Origin: Eledone cirrhosa
Lineage: Eukaryota
Assembly: GCA_964016885.1 (NCBI GenBank)
Contig: OZ024766.1
Coordinates: 11,160,001 to 11,224,000 of the forward strand
Direction of reading: 5' to 3'
Length of the DNA: 64,000 nucleotides
Positions 62,878 to 64,000 of the stretch are shown here, piece by piece. The notes below the pieces were generated by a model that was not told where the DNA came from, searched no databases, and was given only the letters and a program-made list of their open reading frames with translations. The first letter of the stretch is position 1. Every line of letters begins with the position of its first letter. The position numbers were made by a program, and so were the translations under genes.

Positions 62878-64000
62878 ATGTGTGTGTGTGTATTTGTGTA
62901 TATACATGTATTTGTATATATACATGTGTGTATTTGTATATATACATGTGTGTATTTGTATATATACATGTGTGTATTTGTATATATACATGTGTGTATT
63001 TGTATATATACATGTGTGTATTTGTATATATACATGTGTGTATTTGTATATATACATGTGTGTATTTGTATATATACATGTGTGTATTTGTATACATGTG
63101 TGTGTATTTGTATACATGTGTGTGTATTTGTATACATGTGTGTGTATTTGTATACATGTGTGTGTGTGTATTTGTATACATGTGTGTGTGTGTATACATG
63201 TGTGTATTTGTATACATGTGTGTGTATTTGTATACATGTGTGTGTATTTGTATACATGTGTGTGTATTTGTATACATGTGTGTGTATTTGTATACATGTG
63301 TGTGTATTTGTATACATGTGTGTGTATTTGTATACATGTGTGTGTATTTGTATACATGTGTGTGTATTTGTATACATGTGTGTGTATTTGTATACATGTG
63401 TGTGTATTTGTATACATGTGTGTGTATTTGTATACATGTGTGTGTATTTGTATACATGTGTGTGTATTTGTATACATGTGTGTGTATTTGTATACATGTG
63501 TGTGTGTATTTGTATACATGTGTGTGTGTATTTGTATACATGTGTGTGTGTATTTGTATACATGTGTGTGTGTATTTGTATACATGTGTGTGTGTATTTG
63601 TATACATGTGTGTGTGTATTTGTATACATGTGTGTGTGTATTTGTATACATGTGTGTGTGTATTTGTATACATGTGTGTGTGTATTTGTATACATGTGTG
63701 TGTGTATTTGTATACATGTGTGTGTGTATTTGTATACATGTGTGTGTGTATTTGTATACATGTGTGTGTGTATTTGTATACATGTGTGTGTGTATTTGTA
63801 TACATGTGTGTGTGTATTTGTATACATGTGTGTGTGTATTTGTATACATACATGTGTGTGTGTATTTGTATACATACATGTGTGTGTGTATTTGTATACA
63901 TACATGTGTGTGTGTATTTGTATACATACATGTGTGTGTGTATTTGTATACATACATGTGTGTGTGTATTTGTATACATACATGTGTGTGTGTATTTGTA
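62878..64000. repeat. 18-26 bp TG/TA-derived minisatellite (TATTTGTATACATGTGTG...) running to the window end
   Basis: Direct inspection; unit length changes in blocks. Confidence 0.95.

Noticed and set aside
62866-63983. Three ~365-aa His/Thr/Tyr ORFs
   Set aside because: TG/TA minisatellite open in all minus frames; no coding evidence

Overview
AT-rich, microsatellite-saturated animal genomic DNA; the SINE/RTE repertoire suggests an octopod cephalopod (inference). There are two spliced host genes in head-to-head arrangement, with ATGs about 770 bp apart. IFT172 is on the minus strand (9 exons, 335 codons in the window, continuing off the left edge). A complete 4-exon, 181-aa MARVEL-like tetraspan membrane protein gene is on the plus strand. 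Two intronless low-complexity orphan ORFs lie at about 49.7-50.9 kb (split by a 1-bp frameshift) and about 59.1-59.7 kb. Mobile DNA includes a near-complete RTE LINE with an intact 1038-codon ORF, L1/Tx1-like 3' fragments, two tRNA-derived SINE families, hAT and pogo-like MITEs, a mariner relic, and many element-derived tandem arrays. The most striking unannotated signal is about 17 dispersed type I hammerhead ribozyme cores (CUGANGA...GAAA-N6-UH). Most have a self-complementary 6-nt stem III. They sit in several short non-coding, often fold-back, (TA)n-flanked elements resembling Penelope/retrozyme repeats, and five are in sense orientation inside IFT172 introns. A second notable structure is an array of 10 duplicated splice acceptor plus exon-start units upstream of MARVEL exon 3. 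Most ORFs in the supplied track are microsatellite or SINE artefacts. All calls were made by eye, without database searches.
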